Of a stretch of 63,865 nt of DNA, positions 35,851-47,534 are shown piece after piece. Positions within the stretch are counted from its first letter, which is position 1. The number at the start of each line of letters is the position of its first letter. This DNA is from Nemertoderma westbladi (Eukaryota > Animalia > Xenacoelomorpha): NCBI GenBank assembly GCA_032718475.1, contig JAUCBJ010007793.1:1-63865 (forward strand), written 5' to 3'. A program made the translations under genes and the position numbers. Under the pieces are notes generated by a model, which saw only the letters and a program-made list of their open reading frames with translations, did no database searches and was not told where the DNA came from.

Positions 35851-36306
35851 CCGGTGTAATTCCGGGACAATTAATTACTACAATTATCCTACAATTAATT
35901 AATTAATGCAATATTTAATAAAGTGTAATATTTTTAGATCCAGGAGATTTCTGATCGAACGTCAACTCAAGATTGCAGGAAAGCCGCTAATATAATTGGT
36001 AATTCTTTGATGTCAAATTCTCTAGCAAGTAATTTTTCTAAAACAGGACATCGGACAAAGAGAAATTCCATTACGGATTCATACCCGAACATTATGACCG
36101 CCTTCAATAGTATGTTGTTTATTTAATATACATCTATGCGAATATATAAATAATTAATTAGCTAATATTAATTAAATAGCTGTACATATATTTTAGACCT
36201 TAGTTAGTTTTTCTTAAATCGACCTTAAATTGCCCTATAAGTATTTTTAGGGTCATTATATTTTGCGTATAAAAAAAGTGCATTTTCTTCTGCCGTTAGG
36301 CCTGGG

Positions 36307-36398
36307 ATTACGCACGTATAGAGTCTGACGACTTATTTCCAGTGTGGTCCCCCCAGAACTTTACTCCCCATAGGAGACTCCAGTACTCATTTAGCTAC
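36307..36398 (-). repeat. Dispersed SINE-like fragment, copy 2
   Basis: Reverse complement matches 1575..1662. Confidence 0.55.
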
Positions 36399-36736
36399 CT
36401 CTTAAGGATGTAAGGCAGAGAGGCCGGTGGCTGGAAAGAGGCTGGAATAAATGGCTGGTGGATAAATACCAAGCGATACTGATAGCCATTGATCTGAAGT
36501 TTTCTATTTATAATTTCTAAAATTTTCTAATTTGCAGAAGCCATGATGAAAAACACTACCCTATTTACATCAAATGCCATAGAAGACAAGACGCACTATC
36601 CAATTTATTTCGGCAGGCACCAACAAGATATGGTGGATCGAAGTAGTGAGTAATAATAAATAGTAATATTATATAATTTAATAATATTTTATTTTAATAA
36701 TTTTATATTAATATAGTATGGAGCGAATAAGCATCC

Positions 36737-36844
36737 GAACTTGAGAGAAAATAATTTGCGACAACTATGGAGAATCGGGAAGCCTGGAAGGATCTCATCC
36801 TTCCAGCATCCCATCCGAGTTCGCTCGACCTAGTAGTAGTAGTA
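36737..36844 (+). mobile_element. Short 3' end of the RTE family seen at 27364 and 52315
   Basis: TTGCGACAACTATGGAGAATCGGGAAGCCTGGAAGGATCTCAT..CCGAGTTCGCTCGACCTAGTAGTAGTAGTA. Confidence 0.9.
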
Positions 36845-37102
36845 AATAAATAAATCGCGTAAATAGATAATACATTCAGCCTGGCCATTATACAGATTAA
36901 TATTATCAACGATTAATTCCATTCTCGAACAGACAAATTATAGTTTATTCGATTACGTAGTTATTTTAATGTACTTAATTATATTTTATATTGTTTACAG
37001 TCAGAAAAAGGGTGGAAAGAAGGATCTAGAAGATGCTAGTGGGGCTGAAGCCGATAGCGAAGATGAATGAATATTATATATCGATAAAAACTTGGCCCTA
37101 AT

Positions 37103-37303
37103 TACGTTTCGGATAACTTTATGAAAGTGGATGTACGTTTACGGTTACCTTTATGAAAGTGTATGTACGTTTCGGTTAACTTTATGAAACTGGATGTACG
37201 TTTCGGTTAACTTTATGAAAGTGGATGTACGTTTCGGTTAACTTTATGAAAGTGGATGTACGTTTCGGTTAACTTTATGAAAGTGGATGTACGTTTCGGT
37301 TAA
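37103..37303. repeat. 31-bp tandem array (GTACGTTTCGGTTAACTTTATGAAAGTGGAT, about 6.5 units), probably EnSpm subterminal repeats
   Basis: Head-to-tail units without spacers, directly after the last exon of the EnSpm second gene. Confidence 0.9.
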
Positions 37304-37444
37304 GATCAATGTATAGCAATATCGATTCAATAGTACGAGTAATAAGTATACTTACCCTATACCTAGACCTTTCACAAATGTTTCATTATTAATTCATAAT
37401 AAGTCATAATTACGAATACTTGGATACAACGTAGTGAAACGGAA
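37300..37444 (+). repeat. About 145-bp direct repeat, copy 1 (copy 2 at 62232..62395)
   Basis: TTAAGATCAATGTATAGCAATATCGATTCAATAGTACGAG..CAACGTAGTGAAACGGAA at both sites. Confidence 0.9.
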
Positions 37445-38343
37445 TTCGAATGCCATTGAGTAAATACGTGCAACCATCAATTTCTATAGTTTATTTGAAT
37501 TTCATTAATTGGCAGTCTGCGTAATACCATATAAGGAGTAAGGCCCCGTATATCCGTGCGATTTATAAATCGAGGCAATCTGTATGTGTCTGTGGAGCAA
37601 TTAACTTCTGACAAATTAATAACTATATATTTTCCCGTTGCACGATTACATGATCGAGTTCGCATCTTCGCAGTTTCACACGCAGTTCGTGTGAAACGGA
37701 CACCAAAACCTATTTATTATTTTATCAGTTACATTTCGCGAGGTACTTAACATACAGTAATATCTTTAAATCTATCGAACGTCTCATCCCCTACATTTCT
37801 GTGATAATTGAAATTAGGACAAGTTGATTGTCATTTAAATTGGTAACTTAGTGTTACAACACGTGCCCTAAATTAAGTACGCATCACTTAGTTACAAATA
37901 GTGTTATCGTAACGACCTTTCAAATAACCTCACAAGGAAGACGACACATACAGTGTGGTGTTGTAATAACAATAATGGTTAACAACAGTTCAGTATAATA
38001 TAGGATTATGATTATAAGATATTCCAGTATTCAATACAGCATTCAGTCAATAGCTTTTACTGGTAGTCAACCTGTATCACTTACTGTACCGGTACTGCCG
38101 CACGGTACCTACCTACTCCCTTCAGTCCTGACTCTCCCCTACTGCTGTACCGCCGTCCTCCCCTACTCTAGGGGGCCGTATCCGCTTCACCCCCTGTGCG
38201 ACTACCCTAACACATCACCCCCAGTTTCTATAGAAACTAATTATTTTACAATTTTAGTTTGCAAATTGTACATAACCAAGTCGTAGTAATTATTGTCTCA
38301 TCGTCCATATCGGCGATCGGTGTCCTAACCCCAGAACACCACG

Positions 38344-41300
38344 TCAGTCAACATCGAAACCGTAATATCGCGGAGCCCGTATTTGTCTACCAATACGTGT
38401 CACAATCGGCTCCGGATCGCAATCATCGCTGATATTACTATCAGTATCATCAGTTTCAGAGTTCTCAGAACTTTCAGTTTCGGAGTTACTTATTTCAGGC
38501 TTTTTAGAACTTTCAGTTTCGTGCCCCTTTTCCTTATCTGTACCTGTCCGGCTGGGCACCTTCCGTACATCGTGTAGGTGTCGCCGCACCCCCTTCACCA
38601 TGACCGACCGAGTGTCAACTGCATCTACCTGAACCGGTCCCCTCCATTTTTGAGTGCATCGGACGTGCTGGCCAGGTTTTACGTAAACCATGTCACCCTT
38701 CTCTATAGTAGAATGCGGGAACGCGAACGTTTTTCCTGGATGTTTGAGTTCGTCCTGCTCTGGGGAAAGAGCAGTTACCCCTGGTAGTTTCCTATGGCGT
38801 TGTGCCAACCCCTGGAAGCACTGGCTGGCCGGACAACGTTCTTGGCCCCGCCCCTTCGTTTGATTGTACCAGAATGTGGCCTGCTCCAATGTTTTCCCTG
38901 ATCGAGCAGCCCATTTCTTTATAGTCCTATGAACTCTTTCCACAGGATTACCTTGTGGTCGATAGGCGCAGACGTACTTTAGTTTTACCTCCCACTTCTC
39001 GAGAAATTCTTGGACTTCACGGCTCCAATATGCTGGGCCGTGGTCTGCCAAGAATTCGTCTGGCGGACCGAATTCGATGAACAGCTGTTGCAGTTCCAGA
39101 ACAACAGTTGACGCTTTCTGATTGGCTGCTCGTCGACATACAGTGTAGTTGGTTGCACAATCTAATATCGTTAAATACTTTCTGTTTCCATAGTCTGTGA
39201 AATCGCTTGAAAGTCGCCCCCACGGTTGATTAACCTTACTAGTTCCTGGTTCCCATGGTAACGGACTGGGATCGATGCTAATACACTGTTCACATTCGCG
39301 GCACACCTTCTCAATGAGTTTTTTCGGCACTATATTTTTTATTTCGCGGTCGTTCTGGCAGAGTTCAGCGGTTCGTTCCACCCCTGGGTGGAAAATATTG
39401 TGGATTTCTCTAACTCGCTCTATTTGTCTGTTTTCTGGGTTAGTATTCTCGGAGACGGTTGTCGCCGCTGCTATCACATTGCCCCCCTCATTAGTTTCAG
39501 TTTCTAGTTTTATCCATTTTTGGGGAACTCTCGTGAGGGGGTCTGCTATATTCTTTTCTGATGCAACTTGATGTACTCGAATAGTGAGTTTATATTGCTC
39601 GATCATGTTTCCTATCAGATCAAGTCGCCGTGCCACTAACTTTCGCGCTTGCCCTTTTGTGTGGATCCTATGTGAGTCGTTTATCACTGCTTTCAACCAA
39701 CTTCCAGCAGTTACAGAATCCACATATAAGTCGATATCTACCAACCCCCAATCGATGGCTAGGTTTATCCCCTCCACAACGGCATCGAGTTCTGCTACGT
39801 TTATGTGGCTAGTGTCATTAGGTTTTCGCAGCCAGGCCGCATCTTCCACTATCACACCTCCGATTTTTATCACCACACCCTTTGCTATAGAGCTAGCGTC
39901 CGACCATACCTCACCGTGTGTCGTCATCGGGACTACCCAGTCACCTGTCACCGGATCGCTGGTCTCTAGACGGGCCAAGGTTTCACTCAACATTTTTTGG
40001 ACCCCCTTCTCTACAGCTGTGTCCCACGCTTTCCCTGCACTGCAGCGCTGCAGCCATGCACACGATGGTCTGAGCCACCCCGCCACCGGGTAGTGTCCAC
40101 GCAGCTTCCCACATATCGAGTGAAGCACCCGACGTGTAATAACTCCGTATGGTTTGAGGCAGTTCTGAGTCTCTGCTCCATCGCAGTGTCTGCGTACAAT
40201 CAGCATCCATTCGCAGACCAAGTACGCTACTCCCAGGCCTAACCATTTCCGCCTCTTTAGTAATAAGTCCATATTTCCAGGGATGATTACGCACTTCCTC
40301 GGCTGATATTTGGTTGGTATCGATATGAACGTCGTCCCGGAAGTTGTCTGTTGCCTCCTTAACTTTATCGTCTAATGTTAGCACTGTCTCCACGATCCGG
40401 TCCATCGCTTTGGGTGCTACTGCCAGTCCGAACCCCATCTTTGTTACAACATATCTGACATTCCTTATCACAACTGTTTGGAAAGATTGGAGATATTCTG
40501 GAACATTCACTTGCATATATGCCCATTTCAAGTCGACTATGGCCGTATTGTGTCCCATTCGGCGCCATTTTCTCATCTTCTCGCCACACGCCGCAGCATC
40601 TCGGCCTGGTGAATTCTCAATATATTGGTTTAACTCTCGATAGTCTAATATTGGGCGTATTCGCCTTTTCTTTGGCTCGTATTTTCCCATCAATGGGATG
40701 GTCCCTCGCACCTTCCCGTGTCGCTCTTTGTCATAGGGTACCACCCAGCCTTTGTCTATCCATTCATCTAAGGCTGTATCATACATTTCGCGGTGTTCGG
40801 GACGAATTTTATACTCAGTTGTATGGTTCTTCAGTGTTGGTGGACCCTCATCTGTTTTCCACTTCCACTCAACTGACCAATGTTTCCCGTCATAATTGGC
40901 TCGGAAATCCGATTCATCTATATTGATATTCCGCGGGCCTGGTATGTCTTGTCCCGTATTTATCTCATCTATCTTTGCCACCGCCCCAGCTGCTCCAAAT
41001 ACAACCCCGGATAACGTCGCGGCCCCAATCCGTTTAATTGTGTCATACCCAAGAATTATTGTCGCGATCCCCAACAGCTTCTCCACTACCAGGAATGTAC
41101 ACTTCACCAGTTGTTGCTGACCTTCAACCTCGATTATGGTGAGGTCAACTTCTCCAACAATATTAGCCTGGGCTTCACCATCTAGCATAGTGATGTTTCT
41201 CCTTTGGCCTGGATTCGACATAATACTGAGTTTATGCTGTTTACACCAAGGGGCTGACACCACACCTCTAGTACACCCTGTGTCAACTAACGCCCTCACT

Positions 41301-41455
41301 GTCCCTTCTACATCTTCTACGCGTACGCCAACTACTGGTGCATCCAGCTTCCCTGGGAAACGTCCGTTGGCCGCAACGTTCCCCTCTTCTCGTTTCCCGT
41401 CGGTTCCGGACCAACACTTCCAGGTGCCCCCCGGTCGCCTCCGCCGCCTCGACAA
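38344..41455 (-). pseudogene. pol of the Gypsy-like element (protease, RT, RNase H, integrase), frameshifted near 40155
   Basis: ALVDTGC; RPILDYRELN, VDLKWAYMQ, MGFGLAVAP, NFRDD; WSDASS..HINVAELDA..VDS..NIADPLTR; HHCC zinc finger and SDF..ADHG..VER integrase triad. Confidence 0.9.
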
Positions 41456-42126
41456 CCCCTAGCTAGGTGGCCCGCGTTACCACATTTAAAGCATACCACC
41501 TTCCCTGATGGTGACCCTCCTGCCGACTGGCATTCCCTCGCAAAATTTCCTGGTTTCCCACAGTTATAGCAGCTGCTTGGGGTTCGCCCCCGGTCCGCCC
41601 CCATCTGCTCGCTGACTGTTTGCTCGGACAACATTCTCCTTGCATGATTTAGCAATTCGCCGACACCCCCCTTTGATGCCATCGCTTTTACCTCCCCGCG
41701 CACTCTATCAGGCAGCCCGTTTGCGAACTGTACCGCAAGTATATCCATAGCGCACTGACTCGTCGGTTCCTCCGTTACCAGTGACAGCAGCCGCCGCAGG
41801 TCGGCCAAATATGTATCCGCTGACTCCGATCCCACCAGGACTCGGTTTTTGAACTTCTCGAATGCAGTGTAGGCCGTATCAGCAAATGCCTGAATTAATG
41901 TTTTCCTCACTGTAGCATAGTCCCCTTTCTCTGCGTCGCTAAGCTGGCTGACTACGTCATGTGCTGCACCTGTAAGCGACAACCGAAGGTAAGTTACTTT
42001 GCTATCCTCGCTGAGTTTCGACTCCACTTTCAGTATTTTGAATGTATCTTCAAAAATTTCCTGCCACACGCATGGGTCGCTTCTACCATCAAACTTCGAA
42101 ACGTAGTCTGCCAATTTAGGAGCCAT
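41332..42126 (-). CDS. gag of the Gypsy-like element (ATG at 42126)
   Basis: KFDGRSDPCVW capsid-like start; two CCHC knuckles (CYNCGKPGNFAREC, degenerate; CFKCGNAGHLARGC). Confidence 0.9.
   Translation of the reverse strand: MAPKLADYVSKFDGRSDPCVWQEIFEDTFKILKVESKLSEDSKVTYLRLSLTGAAHDVVSQLSDAEKGDYATVRKTLIQAFADTAYTAFEKFKNRVLVGSESADTYLADLRRLLSLVTEEPTSQCAMDILAVQFANGLPDRVRGEVKAMASKGGVGELLNHARRMLSEQTVSEQMGADRGRTPSSCYNCGKPGNFARECQSAGGSPSGKVVCFKCGNAGHLARGCRGGGGDRGAPGSVGPEPTGNEKRGTLRPTDVSQGSWMHQ
41355..41398 (-). promoter_or_regulatory. -1 ribosomal frameshift signal between gag and pol
   Basis: Slippery heptamer G GGA AAC (41398-41392) in the gag frame, 7-nt spacer, then a 10-bp stem GGGGAACGTT/GACGTTTCCC. 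The -1 frame is the pol ORF. Confidence 0.8.
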
Positions 42127-42127
42127 A

Positions 42128-42139
42128 GCCCGGTTAGCT
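42128..42139 (-). promoter_or_regulatory. Atypical primer-binding site AGCTAACCGGGC
   Basis: Abuts the 5' LTR. Its complement GCCCGGTTAGCT resembles nt 1-12 of eukaryotic tRNA-Lys (GCCCGGNTAGCT). Confidence 0.6.
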
Positions 42140-43034
42140 TGTGGTGTTGTAATAACAATAATGGTTAACAACAGTTCAGTATAATATAGGATTATGATTA
42201 TAAGATATTCCAGTATTCAATACAGCATTCAGTCAATAGCTTTTACTGGTAGTCAACCTGTATCACTTACTGTACCGGTACTGCCGCACGGTACCTACCT
42301 ACTCCCTTCAGTCCTGATTCTCCCCTACTGCTGTACCGCCGTCCTCCCCTACTCTAGGGGGCCGTATCCGCTTCACCCCCTGTGCGACTACCCTAACACA
42401 TACAGTACAGCTATACCTGTCGTTATATTTCAGCCATAAATCTACCACAGAAATTTGTCTTTGACAGATTTATTCCCTGTGGCTGTTTAGAATTTCTCAT
42501 TTATTTACAGGTAAAACCCAGACCCCTGACGCCAAAATCAGTTTTAAACATATTATCGTTTAATTTCAGGCGAACCGAGTATACAATTCATCCACACTTG
42601 TTGTTTCAGGGAATAACAGGGATTGAATGATAAACTCTTATTGCATTCAAACGTCACTGTCTGTAGCGTGTGTGTGCGGGCTTGTCTAATAAAATCCCTC
42701 AGGTGTGTGTTATTTATTGCTTGGATTTATTTGGTCTTATGAAATTTAGGGATGTCTCAAACTTTATAAGTTCGGCATAGAACTCAGCTTTAAAGAAGTA
42801 AGGCAGAGCACTGTTTCATTTGAAAGTATAAAGTACATTAATCCTAGCTAAGAGCTAGCTCTACCTGGATTACTGAGAAATAAAGGGTGTATATCGTGTG
42901 TATGAATTTCCGCTAGGTGGTGTTCATAATATTTGAAGTTACAAGAAGTTTTTGGCAATTTCTAACCTGTGTGGAATAAAATAACACTTAGCTTTGCAAT
43001 AAAACTTCGAATTTCAAAATTATAAAATTAAAAC

Positions 43035-46000
43035 ATGTCAACCACTGATAGCGATTTGAGTCGAAAGTCAGAACCCCTCACACTGAACCCTGCGGGGCTC
43101 ATACCACCTCACACTATGCCTATGATAGCTCAACCAGTTCGCAGTAAGAAAATTTGGGAGCGTTCAAGAATACAAACCAGGCAGGTCTCCAGGGAGGCGG
43201 AAGGAGCTAGACTTGGCCAGAACCTTTCTGACAAACCAATGGATGGAGATAGGTCACCAATCGCCCGGCCACTTACATGCCCGACAACTGGTACAATGGT
43301 AAGTGAACCCAGCACCCATCTGAACCTTATTAACTTTGAAGACGGCATTGGTCAAGGTCAGGGTCAGCCGTTATTGGCAGATACTTCCCCAATCATGTTT
43401 ACTCACTCCCAAACAAGTAGCGAGGAAGTTCCGACTTTACTAGCTAGTGCAAGTCAGCAGCTCAGTTTTAACGAGCCTCTCTTGTCTACTCCCCAAGTCA
43501 GACTAGCTTTCCTGTTAGAGGAGATAGACAGCTACCGGCACAAGGTTGAAGAGGGTATATTAGCCATTGAACAGGACATATACACCGATGAACTACATTA
43601 CCTGGTCAACTTATACTATAACCAGCCAGCCCTAGATAAGTTCTTCAGATTCAATGAGCTACCTTGGGATGAACTATATAGGTTAAAGGTACCTCGGGGC
43701 GTTACCAATATTGAGCAATTGGTTACCGAGGCATGCATACATGGTAGCAAATTTAAGCATCATATAGAAATGGTGACCCATAAATTAAAACTTGAGCAAC
43801 CCGACCCTAAGACAAACCCAGCTAAGTATCTTGAGGTAAAGGAAATCATTTGTAGGATACGGCTTATACTATCTGCCTTTCATGAGATGGCATCTAGATA
43901 TAATGACAGTAAACTCTCATCCATGCTGACTCACCAACTGACAGAAACGGCAGTAATAGCAAGGAAAGCCTTAGCTCTTGAGTCATTACATGGGCCGGTA
44001 TTACCTCCTGGTGAAGACATAGCTTGCTCTGGGAAAGAGGCTGCTAATAATTCCGATTTAGACTCGGAAGAATCTCAACTCAGCGATGGTATGGATGCCA
44101 TATCAAGGTATTTGGGTTCTTATATCAAGACAGTTGGAGAAACAGAGTTAAGGACGCGTCTTAAAGGCTTAGCACCTTCCAGTAAGGATACCAGAGATGT
44201 CCTTGATACTATAGACGCAGAGTGCTTCCTACAAGAACGAAAAGTTCAACACGCCGCCAAGCGGGAAATTCTAGAATTAGAACTACAATTAGCAGCAAAT
44301 AAAAAAAGGGCAGAATTAGATGATACTACAGTCTCTACTGAGAAAACTACAGTCTGCTAAAGAGAAAGCACAACTCGCCAAACAGAAAGCTCAACTTACA
44401 GCTTTCGTGGAGAAGAAACTAGCTATAAAGCAGAAGCTAGCCCTACTAAAGCAAGACGAACAACAACGCAAGGAAAGGGCTAGCGTACAACAAGGATGTG
44501 ATAAGTCCTTTAAGGATACTTTTACTTCATCCGATGAGTGCATTTCCACGGATGCAGGTGGAAGTGTGAGGAGCTCCAAGAGTAAACGCAGGCGAGCCAC
44601 CCGAGTAGTTTTACCAGACCTCCCTCCTCGAGATCGAAATGTGATCTCTGGTGATTATGCCAGCATGGTTGATAGTTTCCACACTGGCGCTGCTCCTAAG
44701 CATTCCCTGGAAAAATTGCCAGAGGTAGTAGAGCCGAATGAGCCTAAGGCTCTAACAATACACGAGAATGTGACAGTAGATAAAATGTCGAATGGGGAGC
44801 ACCCGCCACCCTCTTCTACACACAGCGTCTTCACTGTTAAACCAAGCGATAGTGGTGCTTCACCCGAGTTCATTGACTCAGTAGTAGAAACGCATAAATC
44901 TGATGGCCTGCCGAAGACCATGGCAGTAACCTCTCCAATTACCAGCAGTAACTTATCTCACACTATAAACCCAAATGTTAAAACCACAAACATGCAATGT
45001 CCTGTTCAAGTTACCCAAGCCATCCCATCAATGACATACTCCCGGCTACGGGACCATGGTTACTTATCTAGTACAGTAGCACAATCTAGAGAAGGAAGAA
45101 TTTCTTTTGGTAGTGGAGTCTCACCAATAACTCGTTTGGAAAGGGAACCTCACCCCCCAACCACCTCGAAATATATTCCCCCCATTACTTCAAGGGTGGA
45201 TCAAGTCCATGCAGAAAATATACCCTTAAGGGACATGCCAGTTATTGAACACCACATAGGTTTCCCAGTAACAACTGAAGTTGACTCATATTACAAACCA
45301 TATCATAACCGCCCATATTACACCAATCCAGATGATAGGCTGTCTCCCACTGGCCCCGCTATAAGAACCGCAATGGCGCCGGTAACAGGATATCGGGACT
45401 GGAATGAGGCAATGCCGTTATCGCCTGGAAGGCGGACGTTTGTCCCACTATATAATAATGTGACACCCCTCCCTCACCCGGAAGTTAGATTCGCACAAGA
45501 TACTCACAGACGATGTGTCTCGCCACAGGGTGACTCACGCTATACCAGAGTTAATGCCGCATCAATCCCAGATGATAGCACACCTGACAATTTTACCAAT
45601 GCACCATTTCCAGACAGAAGAAATTACAAGCTGCATCCTGGCCAGGAGCCAGCTGAAGGCCAATTGAAGGAGTGTAAGGAACAATTGAACTCCATATTGA
45701 AGGAAAATGAAGACCTACAGCAACAACTGGTTATTTTACAGGATACTGTGGCAACAGCTAATAAGCAAACAGATTCACAAACCAATGCTCGAGGGATGCG
45801 GATCCTAAAACGAGCGTCGGATTTGAATGGTATTCAGGCAGAAAATACCACATATAAGGACAACAACAATTCACCATTGACAGACATCCTATTTAATTCA
45901 TCAGTCATCCAGGCAGACCTATCAAAACACATGGCTCGTACTGAAGCCCGACAGTGTGTTTCAACAGGTCAAATAATGAAATTTGATGGAGATGAATTAA

Positions 46001-46410
46001 AATGGCTATCCTTTACCGAATTTTGTAAGGACAATATTCTAGACTCGCCATTAAGTAATAGCGAGAAATTAAGATTCTTAATCAATTGCCTCGAAGGTTC
46101 CCCTAAGCATATGGCGGCTAGATATGTTGGACATGCGGATGGTGTAAATATCGTGTGGAATATGTTAAGAGAACGTTACGGCAATGAGGACAGCTTAGCA
46201 CGATGCATGTATGAGAGACTCACCTCCAAAGGCAGAGTCTCTCAAAATGCCATAATTGAATTTAGAGACGATGTCGAGGAAATCTGTAGGCAGCTGGATT
46301 GGCTTAATCGAAGTGAAGTTTATGACACTGCTATGGCAGTACAGATGGTTTCCAGTGCTTTACCAAAAGGTTCCATTGGGACCAGATGGGATAGATTAAC
46401 TATGGTGTAT
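43035..46410 (+). pseudogene. BEL2 gag, frameshifted near 44300-44360 and truncated by an insertion
   Basis: Homologous to BEL1 gag (DAISRYL..ELRTRLKGLAPSS..VLDTIDAE; MARTEARQ..KFDGDELKW..LSNSEKLRFL..IGTRWD). Confidence 0.9.
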
Positions 46411-47534
46411 AATAAATTAGATATAAAGCGGTAGGCTATTGCCAGTGGTTCCATTTAAATAATAATAAATTACCATAAGCAAAATATAGCATATAGGTAA
46501 GTATTAGGGGTCTACACTGGCTGAATATTGTAATGAAAACGCTGGATTTGGTGAACGTTTTCGCCCTACCGGGCTACGTCAGACCTAATATATTAATAAA
46601 GCATAATGGAGTAATTAAATTCAATTCGAAATTCCCGCCACCTAAATAAAGCACTAATAGAATAGATAGTTCTAAGTAGGTCCTATATGTAATATAATAT
46701 AAACAAAGTCGAAAACAAAATCAAAAAACAAAAGTCTCCAGAATAAAATAGATTTTTATCCAAACTTACATAAAGTAAAAATCTAATCGTGTCTCTAAGT
46801 AGCTCTCGTACTATTATTATAAAAACAAAAACCTCAAAACGCTCAGTTTCAACTCCGTATAACAAGTAAGGTAATATACAGCCAAACACACATTAGCAAC
46901 CCCCATATGCGTACTATCCATTCCCAAAAAACATTCAATATGCGCGCTGCTCGTTAAGTAAGTTAGATTAAAGTTAGGTTAATGAATAGGTCTAACTGTA
47001 GATTATGCAATGTATAAGTTTAAGTTCAAAAAATAAGTAATATTGATAATAATACATAAAACAACTGATTAAGACAAACCAAAAACATTCAATATGCGCG
47101 CTGCTCGTTAAGTAAGTTAGGTTAACATTCAATATGCGCGCTGCTCGTTAAGTAAGTTAGATTAAAGTTAGGTTAATGAATAGGTCTAACTGTAGATTAT
47201 GCAATGTATAAGTTTAAGTTCAAAAAATAAGTAATATTGAAAATAATGCATGAAACAACAGATTAAGACAACCCAAAAATATTCAAAATGTGCGCTGCTC
47301 GTTAAGTAAGTTAGATTAAAGTTAGGTTAATGAATAGGAGGTCTGACTGTAGATTATGCAATGTATAAGTTTAAGTTCAAAAAATAAGTAATATTGAGAA
47401 TAATGCATGAAACAACAGATTAAGACAACCCAAAAATATTCAATATGCGCGCTGCTCGTTAAGTAAGTTAGGTTAACATTCAATATGCGCGCTGCTCGTT
47501 AAGTAAGTTAGATTAAAGTTAGGTTAATGAATAA
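46411..47534 (-). mobile_element. Insertion in BEL2: Penelope-like remnant with a minimal hammerhead and complex tandem repeats
   Basis: AT-rich block replacing the gag knuckles and protease. About 6 copies of ATTCAATATGCGCGCTGCTCGTTAAGTAAGTTAG; hammerhead-like motif at 46546-46589. Confidence 0.5.
46546..46589 (-). ncRNA. Minimal type I hammerhead-like motif with a variant core
   Basis: AUUAGGU-CUGACGUA-GCCC[GGUA]GGGC-GAAA[ACGU]UC-ACCAAAU: palindromic loop 3, but A9 is replaced by U. Confidence 0.55.

Larger units (their letters stand above)
33391..37070 (+). pseudogene. Spliced second gene of the EnSpm element (DUF4806-like); exons 33391-33610, 34671-34782, 35938-36109, 36538-36645, 37001-37070; middle exon(s) missing
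   Basis: GT-AG junctions keep frame for exons 1-2 (ILART|ATFEEA..RKRR) and exons 3-5 (LMSNSLASNFSKTG..K; FRQAPTRYGGSK|YQKK). The phase mismatch between exons 2 and 3 coincides with insertions. Confidence 0.7.
37954..42400 (-). mobile_element. Compact (4.4-kb) Gypsy-like LTR retrotransposon
   Basis: 261-bp LTRs (37954-38214 and 42140-42400; one mismatch seen), TG..CA ends, 5-bp TSD TACAG, PPT GGGGGTGA (38215-38222, minus), domain order PR-RT-RH-IN. Confidence 0.95.

Noticed and set aside
37103-37303. 31-bp array as a CRISPR array
   Set aside because: No spacers; position fits transposon subterminal repeats.
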